This document shows, in pieces, positions 8,706-16,327 of a DNA stretch of 31,661 nucleotides. Both the position numbers and the translations under genes were made by a program. Origin of the DNA: an uncultured Candidatus Saccharibacteria bacterium (GTDB lineage Bacteria > Patescibacteriota > Minisyncoccia > Phycocordibacterales > CSBR16-119); the NCBI GenBank assembly GCA_964550665.1, contig CAZJZW010000002.1, forward strand, positions 1-31,661, in the 5' to 3' direction. Numbering within the stretch: the stretch's first letter is position 1; each line of letters opens with the position of its first letter. Below the pieces are notes generated by a model, which saw nothing but the letters and a program-made list of their open reading frames with translations, did no database searches and had not been told where the DNA came from.

Positions 8706-8999
8706 TCAAGTTTGTCTTTTTTTGTCGCATGGAACACATGCGAGTGCTGCAGGGACAAGAATCAACCTCTCTCTTGATATCTCAGCACCACAAACTACAC
8801 AAAGACCATACTGACCGGCATTCATTCTATCAAGAGCTTGGTGTAGATATCTGGTGACCGTTTCAGTCTTGTAGCGTTGATATGGTGTCAAATCCCCCAA
8901 GCTGTCTAACTGCTCTTTAACAGTGTCAACGTTATTATACCTATTGATTCTTTCCTGGATTCGTTCTCGTTGCTGTTCTTCAAATGATCTTTGATCCAT
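8706..8999 (-). CDS. DksA/TraR-family C4 zinc-finger protein
   Basis: ALDRMNAGQYGLCVVCGAEISRERLILVPAALACVPC; start at MDQRS, downstream of the promoter at 9017-9045. Confidence 0.88.
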   Translation of the reverse strand: MDQRSFEEQQRERIQERINRYNNVDTVKEQLDSLGDLTPYQRYKTETVTRYLHQALDRMNAGQYGLCVVCGAEISRERLILVPAALACVPCDKKRQT

Positions 9000-9016
9000 C
9001 TTTAGGGGTTTTTTAT

Positions 9017-9045
9017 ATACTAACATTAAAAAATTAATATGTCAA
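9017..9045 (-). promoter_or_regulatory. Promoter TTGACA-N17-TAGTAT
   Basis: Read directly on the minus strand upstream of the DksA/TraR gene. Confidence 0.6.
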
Positions 9046-9047
9046 GC

Positions 9048-9071
9048 AAAAAACACCTTTCGGTGTTTTTT
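9048..9071 (-). terminator. Terminator after the tRNA-Arg/tRNA-Val pair
   Basis: aaaaaacacc-tttc-ggtgtttttt. Confidence 0.75.
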
Positions 9072-9078
9072 CTTTTTG

Positions 9079-9151
9079 TGGGCGATAGAGGACTTGAACC
9101 TCTGACCTTTCCAGTGTAAATGGATTGCTCTACCAACTGAGCTAATCGCCC
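9079..9151 (-). tRNA. tRNA-Val(TAC)
   Basis: GGGCGAT acceptor stem, D arm AGCTCAGTTGGTAGAGC, anticodon loop TTTACAC, T loop TTCAAGT. Confidence 0.95.
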
Positions 9152-9202
9152 TTATAAAAACTCTACAAAATATACATTTATTTGCAAAAAACCGCAAACT
9201 TG

Positions 9203-9274
9203 TCCCCTCGGCAGGAATCGAACCTACATCGAGACCTTAGAAGAGTCCTGTTCTATCCATTGAACTACGAGGGG
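9203..9274 (-). tRNA. tRNA-Arg(TCT)
   Basis: CCCCTCG/CGAGGGG acceptor stem, anticodon loop CTTCTAA, T loop TTCGATT. Confidence 0.93.
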
Positions 9275-9349
9275 TAACTTTTGAAATATACCATAAACGG
9301 CTTAAATATCAAGCTTATAAGGTGCCAATAAGGTCACTCTGGGTTTTTG

Positions 9350-9718
9350 TTAATTTAAAAAATGGTTTCCAGATTTTTTAACCGAAGATGTTGGGAACAT
9401 TTTACCTTCATCTTTTTCTATATCAAAATTATTAACCCCTTTCTCTACAACAGCAAGATTATCTAGATCATAGCTAGCAGTATAAAAATAATCTTCGTCA
9501 CCTGTAAAATATCCTTGAACAAAATCGTGAGGCAACCCAGAGTTTAACAAAATAAAATTAATATGAACCTTTTGCATGTTCTTTTCTTTTATTTTTTCCA
9601 TCAGCGCATTCACTTTTTCTTTTTTAGCATTGTCTAGTCTTTCAATATCAGAAAGAACACTGTCTTTTGTTTCAGGGCTTATTCTTTTTCTAATTCTTTC
9701 TATTGGGCTTCCTTCCAT
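9350..9718 (-). CDS. Hypothetical protein (122 aa)
   Basis: ORF with TAAAAT 7 nt upstream of the ATG; no family recognised. Confidence 0.7.
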   Translation of the reverse strand: MEGSPIERIRKRISPETKDSVLSDIERLDNAKKEKVNALMEKIKEKNMQKVHINFILLNSGLPHDFVQGYFTGDEDYFYTASYDLDNLAVVEKGVNNFDIEKDEGKMFPTSSVKKSGNHFLN

Positions 9719-9728
9719 ACACTTTATT

Positions 9729-10598
9729 TTAACTTATTGCCGAGCCTAATGCTAACGCGTATAAAACAGACTCTTCTTTTGTGACTGGTGGCAATTCCCC
9801 TCTTTTTAAGTGAAAATTTACGAACACATCAGCTTCTTGAATAGGAAGTCTGGTTTCTTTTGATAGATAGTTTACAAACGATATATCACAAACCAATGAT
9901 CCAGTAACAAAAAAGTACCCTATTTTATCGTTTGATAGTTCATAAAAGTCTTGATACGTCTCTTTTATTAGGCGAGGGATTTTTTCTTTTTCAAAAGAAC
10001 CTCCAATTCCCTTGAATCGATTGAAAGGGCTAAAGATAGCCACGTCAGTTCTCATTGATTCAGTGTTTATAACCATACTGTTTACTATCTCACCTTCTCG
10101 AATACAAGATGAAAGCAAGGCATCTTTGTGACTGACCAATTTCTTTACATTTAAACCTGAGTTTACAAAAACACTTTTCAAAAAATCTACGTTGTCTCGT
10201 GAAGAAATAAAAACATTGTAGAAATCCCTTTCATTTATCGATTCAAATTTTTCATAGTACAAGATTGATTCGCCATGATAAAACAAACTCTTCTCTCTTA
10301 ATCGAAATTCTATCTCATGACCAATGTCTTTCTTAATAGAAGAAGAAATAGAAACTGTTTCTGGTCGAACAAAATCCGTTGGAAAAGAAATCTGTACATT
10401 ATTTTCTTTTGTTTTAAAGATAATATTTCGCAGAGCTGAAAGAAGTGCGTTTCTTGGTTCAACCCGTGCGATTTTTTCTTCTCCACATAGCAAAACAGTG
10501 TTTGAGTTTTCACTTTTCGAAACGAGAGCATAGCGAATATACTCCTCTGTGATATCAAGGCCAAGAATTTTTCTTCTTGTAGAGAATAAAGAAAACAT
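9729..10598 (-). CDS. PilM-like (actin/FtsA fold) type IV pilus assembly protein, divergent
   Basis: N-terminal ILGLDITEEYIRYA, a FFVTGS motif, and C-terminal LYALALGSAI resemble PilM. Confidence 0.65.
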   Translation of the reverse strand: MFSLFSTRRKILGLDITEEYIRYALVSKSENSNTVLLCGEEKIARVEPRNALLSALRNIIFKTKENNVQISFPTDFVRPETVSISSSIKKDIGHEIEFRLREKSLFYHGESILYYEKFESINERDFYNVFISSRDNVDFLKSVFVNSGLNVKKLVSHKDALLSSCIREGEIVNSMVINTESMRTDVAIFSPFNRFKGIGGSFEKEKIPRLIKETYQDFYELSNDKIGYFFVTGSLVCDISFVNYLSKETRLPIQEADVFVNFHLKRGELPPVTKEESVLYALALGSAIS

Positions 10599-10639
10599 TA
10601 ACTAAATTTTAACAGGTTTTTGAAAAGAGCAAAGAGAAA

Positions 10640-11239
10640 TTAGCGGAAAAGGAAGAAAGTAATACCAACAAGAAGCAGAACAACTACTATTGAAATAATA
10701 TTGAGATGTTTGTAAACGATTTTAGCGATACGATCACCAAATATTTTCATCACGAAACCGACAGAGAAAAACCGAAGGGATCTTCCAAGAGAGTATGCCA
10801 AAAGAAAAATAGGAATATTGAGTTTGAATAGACCAGAAGCTAGATTAAAAACCTTATCAGGAAGTGGAGTAAAGGAAGATACGAACACCGCCCAGAATGC
10901 ATTGTTATTAAAAATCAAAGAAACCTTATCAAAATCTGCCTGCATGTTATAGAAATCAATAATCTTTTGACCGACAGTATCAAAGAATAGAAAACCGATC
11001 ATATAGCTCGTAATACCTCCAAGTACAGAAAAGAGAGATGTGAGGAATGAGTAGTAAGCCCAGCGTTTTGCTTTATTTGAAGCCAGGATTGCCATCAAAA
11101 AAAAGTCGGGTGGAATCGGAAAAAATATTGCTTCTAAATAAGAAATAACACACAGAGCTATAATAGATTTTCTCGAATCTCCGTGTTCTATAAACCAGGC
11201 TTTTAGATTTTCTTTTTTAAAAAAGTGAAGAATTTTCAT
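10640..11239 (-). CDS. DedA/YqaA-family (VTT domain) membrane protein
   Basis: ISYLEAIFFPIPPD, SVLGGITSY, FTPLPDKVFNLASG and GRSLRF. Confidence 0.9.
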   Translation of the reverse strand: MKILHFFKKENLKAWFIEHGDSRKSIIALCVISYLEAIFFPIPPDFFLMAILASNKAKRWAYYSFLTSLFSVLGGITSYMIGFLFFDTVGQKIIDFYNMQADFDKVSLIFNNNAFWAVFVSSFTPLPDKVFNLASGLFKLNIPIFLLAYSLGRSLRFFSVGFVMKIFGDRIAKIVYKHLNIISIVVVLLLVGITFFLFR

Positions 11240-11357
11240 CCCGTTAGAAGCAGGTCACGGTTATCCGCTTTCCCACCATAGCTTAAGTAATAATTGTTTT
11301 TCTATATCATAACCCAGTTAGATTTTGTCATCTAGTGACCGTGGCTTCTAACGGGAT
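11238..11357. mobile_element. MITE-like element with 14-bp terminal inverted repeats
   Basis: atcccgttagaagc (11238-11251) and gcttctaacgggat (11344-11357), inner ggtcac/gtgacc; ATGAA repeated on both flanks (minus strand). Confidence 0.6.
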
Positions 11358-11364
11358 TCATATC

Positions 11365-11724
11365 CTACCTTGCCTTACTTCCGTTTGGGACATCTGTTTC
11401 TGGAATGAGAAAAATCGGCTGATTTTCAACGCCGTCGACTGCCACAACCATACCCTGACTTTCAAGACCTCTTATTACTCTTGGTTCTAAGTTTGAAACA
11501 AATACTAGTTTTTTCCCAATAAAAAATTCTGGGTCATTATAATATTCTCTGATAGCCGAAAGTATTTGTCGTTGATTCTCTTCTCCTAAATCAACCATAA
11601 ATTTATATAGTTTGTCTGCTCCTTCTACTATCTCTACAGACACGATCTTACCGACTCTCATTTCAACTTTTTTAAATTCTTCGTAACTTATCATCTTTTT
11701 TTCTTCTGTTTTAATTTCTTCCAT
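11365..11724 (-). CDS. Standalone tRNA-binding OB-fold protein (Trbp111/CsaA/MetRS C-terminal-like)
   Basis: ISYEEFKKVEMRVGKI, KLYKFMVDLG, RQILSAI, NLEPRVIRGLESQGMV and VPNGSK. Confidence 0.9.
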   Translation of the reverse strand: MEEIKTEEKKMISYEEFKKVEMRVGKIVSVEIVEGADKLYKFMVDLGEENQRQILSAIREYYNDPEFFIGKKLVFVSNLEPRVIRGLESQGMVVAVDGVENQPIFLIPETDVPNGSKAR

Positions 11725-11734
11725 ATTATTTTAT

Positions 11735-12139
11735 TTATTTTTTAAATTGTTTTTTATCTAAAAACCTTTGGAGGATAAGTGCTGCTGCAGATTCATCTTT
11801 TTTGGGTTCTTGTTTTTGTTTTGTTTTTCGAGCGATAGGTTTTGTCTTGGTAAACATATCGGTATGGAGTGAAGTCATAAACTCTTTTTCAAGAAAAACC
11901 TGAAAACCTTCTTTTTTTAAAATTCCCATGAAAAGTAAAACTTCTTCTTTTATATCATTCTCTCCTGGATCGCCTAAAACAATGTCCGTAAAATCCTCTT
12001 TTTCTCTTAACTCTTTAATGATTTCGATCAGATTTTTCTTGTTTTCTAAAACAGCATACGGAAAAGCTATTTTTGAATCATCGTCAGAAAGTGCCACACC
12101 TATTCTTTTTTTACCATAATCAAGGCCTAAGGTTTTCAT
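11735..12139 (-). CDS. ruvX: YqgF/RuvX family pre-16S rRNA nuclease
   Basis: LGLDYGKKRIGVALSD, EKEFMTS and DESAAALILQRFLD. Confidence 0.9.
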   Translation of the reverse strand: MKTLGLDYGKKRIGVALSDDDSKIAFPYAVLENKKNLIEIIKELREKEDFTDIVLGDPGENDIKEEVLLFMGILKKEGFQVFLEKEFMTSLHTDMFTKTKPIARKTKQKQEPKKDESAAALILQRFLDKKQFKK

Positions 12140-12213
12140 ATATATAGAGAGAATAGCATAAAAAGTGCTTTTAAAAAGCTTTGCCAAAGATAGTTTTATG
12201 GTAAAATATGCAC

Positions 12214-12447
12214 ATGTTAGGAATGGAACAATTTATAAATATGCCAAGCGGTAAATTAGCTTTGATGCTTATTATTATCTGGAGCTTGATCTGGAAAGGT
12301 TTTGCGCTTTGGAAAGCCGCACGAGTTGGCTCAAAGCCTTGGTTTGTAATTATTTTAGTCTTAAATACACTTGGAATACTTGAAATAATCTATCTATTTG
12401 CTGTTAAACCAAGAACGACTCTAGATTTTAAAAATACTGAAAAATAA
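12214..12447 (+). CDS. DUF5652-like small membrane protein
   Basis: WSLIWKGFALWKAAR...WFVIILVLNTLGILEIIYLF. Confidence 0.85.
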   Translation: MLGMEQFINMPSGKLALMLIIIWSLIWKGFALWKAARVGSKPWFVIILVLNTLGILEIIYLFAVKPRTTLDFKNTEK

Positions 12448-12474
12448 AATCGCCGAGAATGGCGATTTTATTTT
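12441..12474 (+). terminator. Intrinsic terminator
   Basis: aaaataaaatcgcc-gagaat-ggcgattttatttt. Confidence 0.8.
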
Positions 12475-12493
12475 TAACTGGTATACTGGAGTA

Positions 12494-12943
12494 GTGAGTG
12501 AGTATAAAAGAAAACCAAATACACAATGTATTGTCTGTAGTAAAAATATTTATAGAAGACCAGTTGAAATAGAAAGGAGTGGTGGCAAATCTTTTTGTAG
12601 TATGAAATGCTATGGAATATCTTGCAGGAAAGAGCTCCCCTGTATAGTTTGCGGTAAGCTAATTTTGTCTGGGTTTAATAAAAAGACCTGTAGTAGATCT
12701 TGTTCTAATAAAAATAGAATTGGAATTCAATATAAAATAAATAGACCAAAAGATAAGGTAGTTTCTTTTAGAAGAATCAAAATGCGTTTAATGAATGTTC
12801 GCGGTTTTATTTGTGAAAGATGTGGTTATAATAAAACTAAGATTTTAGAGGTTCATCATAAAAACAGAGATAGAAAAAATAATAATTTTGAAAATTTAGA
12901 AATTCTTTGTCCGAATTGCCATTCAGAAGAACACTTACTTTAG
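12494..12943 (+). CDS. HNH endonuclease with two N-terminal Cys4 zinc-finger repeats
   Basis: CIVC...FCSMKC, CIVC...TCSRSC, then CERCGY...LEVHHKNRDRKNN...NLEILCPNCHSEEH. Confidence 0.9.
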   Translation: MSEYKRKPNTQCIVCSKNIYRRPVEIERSGGKSFCSMKCYGISCRKELPCIVCGKLILSGFNKKTCSRSCSNKNRIGIQYKINRPKDKVVSFRRIKMRLMNVRGFICERCGYNKTKILEVHHKNRDRKNNNFENLEILCPNCHSEEHLL

Positions 12944-13003
12944 ATGTTTGAATTTATAAATCAATCATGCTAGTATTCCATATTGTAGAGAAGTAAAACA
13001 AAC

Positions 13004-13088
13004 GGAGGCGTGGCAGAGTGGTCTATCGCACTTGTCTTGAAAACAAGAGTCCTGAAAGGGACCGGGAGTTCGAATCCCCCCGCCTCCG
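13004..13088 (+). tRNA. tRNA-Ser(TGA)
   Basis: GGAGGCG/CGCCTCC acceptor stem, anticodon loop CTTGAAA, long variable arm GTCCTGAAAGGGAC, G discriminator. Confidence 0.95.
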
Positions 13089-13091
13089 CAT

Positions 13092-13125
13092 AAACAAAAA
13101 ACCGGATTAATCCGGTTTTTTGTTT
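13092..13125 (+). terminator. Intrinsic terminator
   Basis: aaacaaaaaaccgga-ttaa-tccggttttttgttt. Confidence 0.85.
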
Positions 13126-13179
13126 TTCAATACACACATCTCGTGGGTCGTTTTGAGTTAATCTGATAAAATGTAACCA

Positions 13180-13650
13180 ATGGAAAGAGACAAAATTCTT
13201 TTAACGTGGGAGGCCTTTGAATATCAAGACAAAAAAAGAAAACCTGATTGGTTTTGGGCTCTTGGTATTATTGCTGTTGCTGGTAGTGCGGTTTCTTTTA
13301 TTTATGGCAATTTCCTTTTTGGCATCTTCATCATTTTAGCTGGCGCAGCAATGTTTTTCTTTGGAACAACAAAACCACACAAGATAAAGCACCGAATAAC
13401 CACCGAGGGGGTGGTTTTTGATGGGCGACTTTATCCTTACGAGAGACTAAAATCTTTTTGGATGGAAGAACTGGCTGGAGAAAAGAGGCTTATCATAAAG
13501 TCAGATAAAACGTTTATGCCGATAATGGTTATGCCGTTTGAAGACGACGAGACCGGTGAAGATATTTATTCGATACTTTCTGAGGTTCTCGAACAAGAAG
13601 AAATCCATGAATCCTTTGCTCATAAAATAATGGATCGACTTGGATTCTAA
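13180..13650 (+). CDS. Conserved-looking membrane protein (two TM helices plus a PH-like soluble domain)
   Basis: LTWEAFEY..KRKPDWFW, TM hairpin, then ITTEGVVFDGRLYPYERLKSFW. Confidence 0.8.
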   Translation: MERDKILLTWEAFEYQDKKRKPDWFWALGIIAVAGSAVSFIYGNFLFGIFIILAGAAMFFFGTTKPHKIKHRITTEGVVFDGRLYPYERLKSFWMEELAGEKRLIIKSDKTFMPIMVMPFEDDETGEDIYSILSEVLEQEEIHESFAHKIMDRLGF

Positions 13651-13680
13651 TAAAACACCCATTTTCGTGGGTGTTTTATT
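13649..13680 (+). terminator. Intrinsic terminator
   Basis: aataaaacaccca-ttttcg-tgggtgttttatt. Confidence 0.8.
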
Positions 13681-13710
13681 TTTGGGTAAAATATTGTACT
13701 ATCACCTTGA

Positions 13711-13782
13711 GCTCTCGTCGTTCAATGGATAGGACATGACTTTGCGGAAGTTAAAATGTAGGTTCGATTCCTACCGGGAGCA
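13711..13782 (+). tRNA. tRNA-Arg(GCG)
   Basis: GCTCTCG/CGGGAGC acceptor stem, anticodon stem TGACT/AGTTA, loop TTGCGGA, T loop TTCGATT. Confidence 0.9.
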
Positions 13783-13805
13783 CAAAATGAATATAATGAA
13801 TTTTG

Positions 13806-14018
13806 TATTCCGGTAGGAATCGAACAAGAAGGGGGTCGGGGAAACATTTGTTTCCCCGTAGAGGAAAACAGTGAGCTTTGCTCGTGTTAGAAACCGTGGG
13901 TTTCTAAATAGCAAGCTTCGCTTGCGAGTAAGATAGCCTGCCTGCCGGTAGGCAGGCGAAGCGTCCTACCGGGAGCACAGATGAATGAACGAAATGAGAG
14001 GCGATTCCTATCGGAATA
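13806..14018. mobile_element. tRNA-Arg-associated hairpin-rich element bounded by copies of the tRNA T-arm/3' end
   Basis: Inverted T-arm copy at 13810-13825, direct 3'-end copy at 13964-13979, degenerate third copy at 14002-14018, and four internal hairpins. Confidence 0.6.
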
Positions 14019-14044
14019 ACCCATTAATTTTAAAAGTACATAAT

Positions 14045-14614
14045 ATGAAAAATATTGTAATAATAGGAGCAATAGTAGTATTAGTTTTAGCTTTCTTTGT
14101 CTCAAAAAAAATTACACCAGGGAGAGAACAGCCTGTGAGCGAAGAAGTTGTTGCTACCCCGTCAGAGGAAGTTATCGTAGAAAATAAAGGCGCCAGTGAA
14201 ACAACTACAACAGAAAAACCCGTGGTAGATAACAAATATTCTTATACAAATTCTGAATTTAAGTTTGCTGTTGATTTACCGAGTCTAGTCGCTACAAGAA
14301 AAACTGACACACCAGAATACATAACAGCAACCTTTACATTTGGGGCTGGAGACCAGTCAGGCATAGCGGAAGAAAAGCGTATACCAAATAGTATGGCTTT
14401 ATATATTTGGAATGATAATTCTGAGTTTAAAAAAATGACGGCTGAAGCAACAGAGCTTCCTGGTGAAAAAATAAATGGGACAAACTTTGAGGTGTATTCT
14501 TTTTCAAATGAAGGAGAGACTATATATCACTATACTTTAGAGGTTGGTAATAAAATATACGATGTTGGTGTTAGAGAAAAGCAGACTATGAATAAGTTTT
14601 ACATGTTAAAATAG
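14045..14614 (+). CDS. Membrane-anchored or secreted hypothetical protein
   Basis: MKNIVIIGAIVVLVLAFF signal anchor, E/T/P-rich linker, then a globular domain. The upstream ATG at 13985 lies inside the repeat element. Confidence 0.8.
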   Translation: MKNIVIIGAIVVLVLAFFVSKKITPGREQPVSEEVVATPSEEVIVENKGASETTTTEKPVVDNKYSYTNSEFKFAVDLPSLVATRKTDTPEYITATFTFGAGDQSGIAEEKRIPNSMALYIWNDNSEFKKMTAEATELPGEKINGTNFEVYSFSNEGETIYHYTLEVGNKIYDVGVREKQTMNKFYMLK

Positions 14615-14661
14615 ATTTGGGTCAAAAAGACATTATTATATAGAAATATAGTTTTAAAAAT

Positions 14662-14997
14662 ATGGCAGATATTAATCCAGCAGCAGCAGAAATAAAAAAG
14701 AAGTTACAGGAGTACGAACTCGAGATGAATAAAATGAAGACAGATAGAGAATCAAAGAGGAATAAACTAAGAACTGCAGAACAAAACATAGACAAGGTTA
14801 GACGAGAAGGACAAAGTAAGGAGGCGGAGGCTGAGAGAGAGTATAAAATGAAAGTAGACAAAATAAGATCAGACTCAAAAAGAAATTTAGACACAGCAGA
14901 ACAAGAAAAGAATGTGGCAAAAGAAGCATTCGAACAAATAGAGAAAAGTATCCAAGAAATTCAAATAGAGATGTCACGACTCTCAAATGCTAAATAA
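14662..14997 (+). CDS. Coiled-coil hypothetical protein (111 aa)
   Basis: E/K/R-rich helical sequence with an internal repeat (LRTAEQN / LDTAEQE). Confidence 0.75.
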   Translation: MADINPAAAEIKKKLQEYELEMNKMKTDRESKRNKLRTAEQNIDKVRREGQSKEAEAEREYKMKVDKIRSDSKRNLDTAEQEKNVAKEAFEQIEKSIQEIQIEMSRLSNAK

Positions 14998-15027
14998 TAA
15001 AAATCCCCTTTCGGGGATTTTTATTAT
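14994..15027. terminator. Bidirectional terminator
   Basis: ataataaaaatcccc-tttc-ggggatttttattat between convergent genes. Confidence 0.85.
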
Positions 15028-15281
15028 TATTTAGTTATCTTTGAAAGAAGTGATTTTCTTCGAGATGCTGTGTTTGTCGCTATTACTCCTTTTTTGTTTG
15101 CTTTATCAATAGCTTTGTATGCTTTTGAAAGAAGTTTCTTTGCTTCGTCTTTCTTTCCAAGCTTTACAAGTTTCGAGATTTCTTTCACAGACTCTTTCAT
15201 TGTTTTTCTTCGTCTGTCATTTACGATTCTTTTTCGAGCAGATACACGAAGAGATTTTTTTGCTGATGCTGATATTGGCAT
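15027..15281 (-). CDS. rpsT: 30S ribosomal protein S20
   Basis: MPISASAKKSLRVSARKRIVN...AYKAIDKANKKGVIATNTASRRKSLL. Confidence 0.96.
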   Translation of the reverse strand: MPISASAKKSLRVSARKRIVNDRRRKTMKESVKEISKLVKLGKKDEAKKLLSKAYKAIDKANKKGVIATNTASRRKSLLSKITK

Positions 15282-15433
15282 AATATAAAAATTTAATTTG
15301 TAAGTTTTTTGCGCGACACGCTTTTCACGAACCCCGTCATAATACCAGAGGTTTTTAGAAAACACAATAGCGTGATTAAGTGTCCTGAAAATGTTAAAAT
15401 GATATCAGTAAGACGTATTCAACTTACTTTCTA

Positions 15434-15470
15434 CCCGCCTCGACTCGCAAGCTCGTCGACGCGAGGCGGG
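15434..15470. repeat. GC-rich REP-like palindrome
   Basis: cccgcctcg...cgaggcggg, 9-bp stem in an AT-rich intergenic region upstream of ruvA. Confidence 0.6.
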
Positions 15471-15502
15471 ACCACTACACACTAGTAACTATTCACCATC
15501 TT

Positions 15503-16075
15503 ATGATTGCTCACATCCAAGGAAAAATTTTAGAAAAAAATACTAAGTTTTTAGTTATTGAAGCTAATTCTGTCGGCTATCTTGTTTTCGTTTCGACTGG
15601 AACACTTTCCTCTTCCCCATCAATCGGAGAATATTTTTCTCTTTGGACATATCTAGCAGTCAGAGAAAACGCACTCGACCTTTATGGATTTACGACGATC
15701 GATGAGAAAAATTTCTTTGAACTTTTGATTAGCGTTTCAGGTATCGGTCCGAAGAATGCTCTCTCGATACTTTCTATCGCCCCGATGGAAACTTTGAAAA
15801 AAGCTATCGCAACCGGTGACATGTCATACATGACAAAAGTTTCTGGTATCGGCAAAAAAACTGCAGAGAAAATCGTCGTCGAACTTCGAGACAAACTCGC
15901 AAGTCTCGGGCACAACGATGAGACTGGATCGCTCCGTGGTGAAGCTGATGTGATCTTAGCTCTCATCTCTTTGGGTTACAGCCAAAGTGAAGCGAGAAAT
16001 GCGACAAAGGAAATAGACCACACACTTTCAACAAATGAAAAAATAAAAGAGGCTTTGAAGATTCTAGGGAAATAG
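15503..16075 (+). CDS. ruvA: Holliday junction branch migration protein RuvA
   Basis: MIAHIQG, GYLV, VRENALDLYGF, VSGIGPKNAL, VSGIGKKTAEKIVVELRDK and ALISLGYS. Confidence 0.97.
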   Translation: MIAHIQGKILEKNTKFLVIEANSVGYLVFVSTGTLSSSPSIGEYFSLWTYLAVRENALDLYGFTTIDEKNFFELLISVSGIGPKNALSILSIAPMETLKKAIATGDMSYMTKVSGIGKKTAEKIVVELRDKLASLGHNDETGSLRGEADVILALISLGYSQSEARNATKEIDHTLSTNEKIKEALKILGK

Positions 16076-16104
16076 TTGAAATCCCAAAACACATCTGTTA
16101 GAAT
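16076..16104 (+). promoter_or_regulatory. Promoter TTGAAA-N17-TAGAAT
   Basis: Begins immediately after the ruvA stop codon. Confidence 0.55.
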
Positions 16105-16138
16105 GTCTGGGAGTCGCACAAGTGATTCGCCAAAGCAG

Positions 16139-16240
16139 ATGAAAACCATGGATAACCCGCAAGCTCGAGGATCTCCAAGCATCAACAAGGCGAAGAACAA
16201 AAAGGCGCGCCAAATGCGGACAACTGCCAAGAAGGCATAA
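16139..16240 (+). CDS. Possible 33-aa basic peptide (or part of an sRNA)
   Basis: MKTMDNPQARGSPSINKAKNKKARQMRTTAKKA*, lying between its own promoter and terminator; below the ORF-track cutoff. Confidence 0.45.
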   Translation: MKTMDNPQARGSPSINKAKNKKARQMRTTAKKA

Positions 16241-16252
16241 ACGTCCCCACAG

Positions 16253-16291
16253 GCAAGAGCGCGGATCCCACATCAGGGATCCGCGTTTTGC
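16253..16291 (+). terminator. Intrinsic terminator
   Basis: cgcggatccc-acatca-gggatccgcg followed by ttttgcttttt. Confidence 0.8.
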
Positions 16292-16327
16292 TTTTTAAGA
16301 AAGTAGTCACTATAATCAAAACACACT

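Noticed and set aside
13887-14105. 72-aa minus-strand ORF containing LPTGRQA, and the N-terminal extension of the 13985 ORF
   Set aside because: Both are translations of the palindromic tRNA-associated element; the real start is probably 14045.
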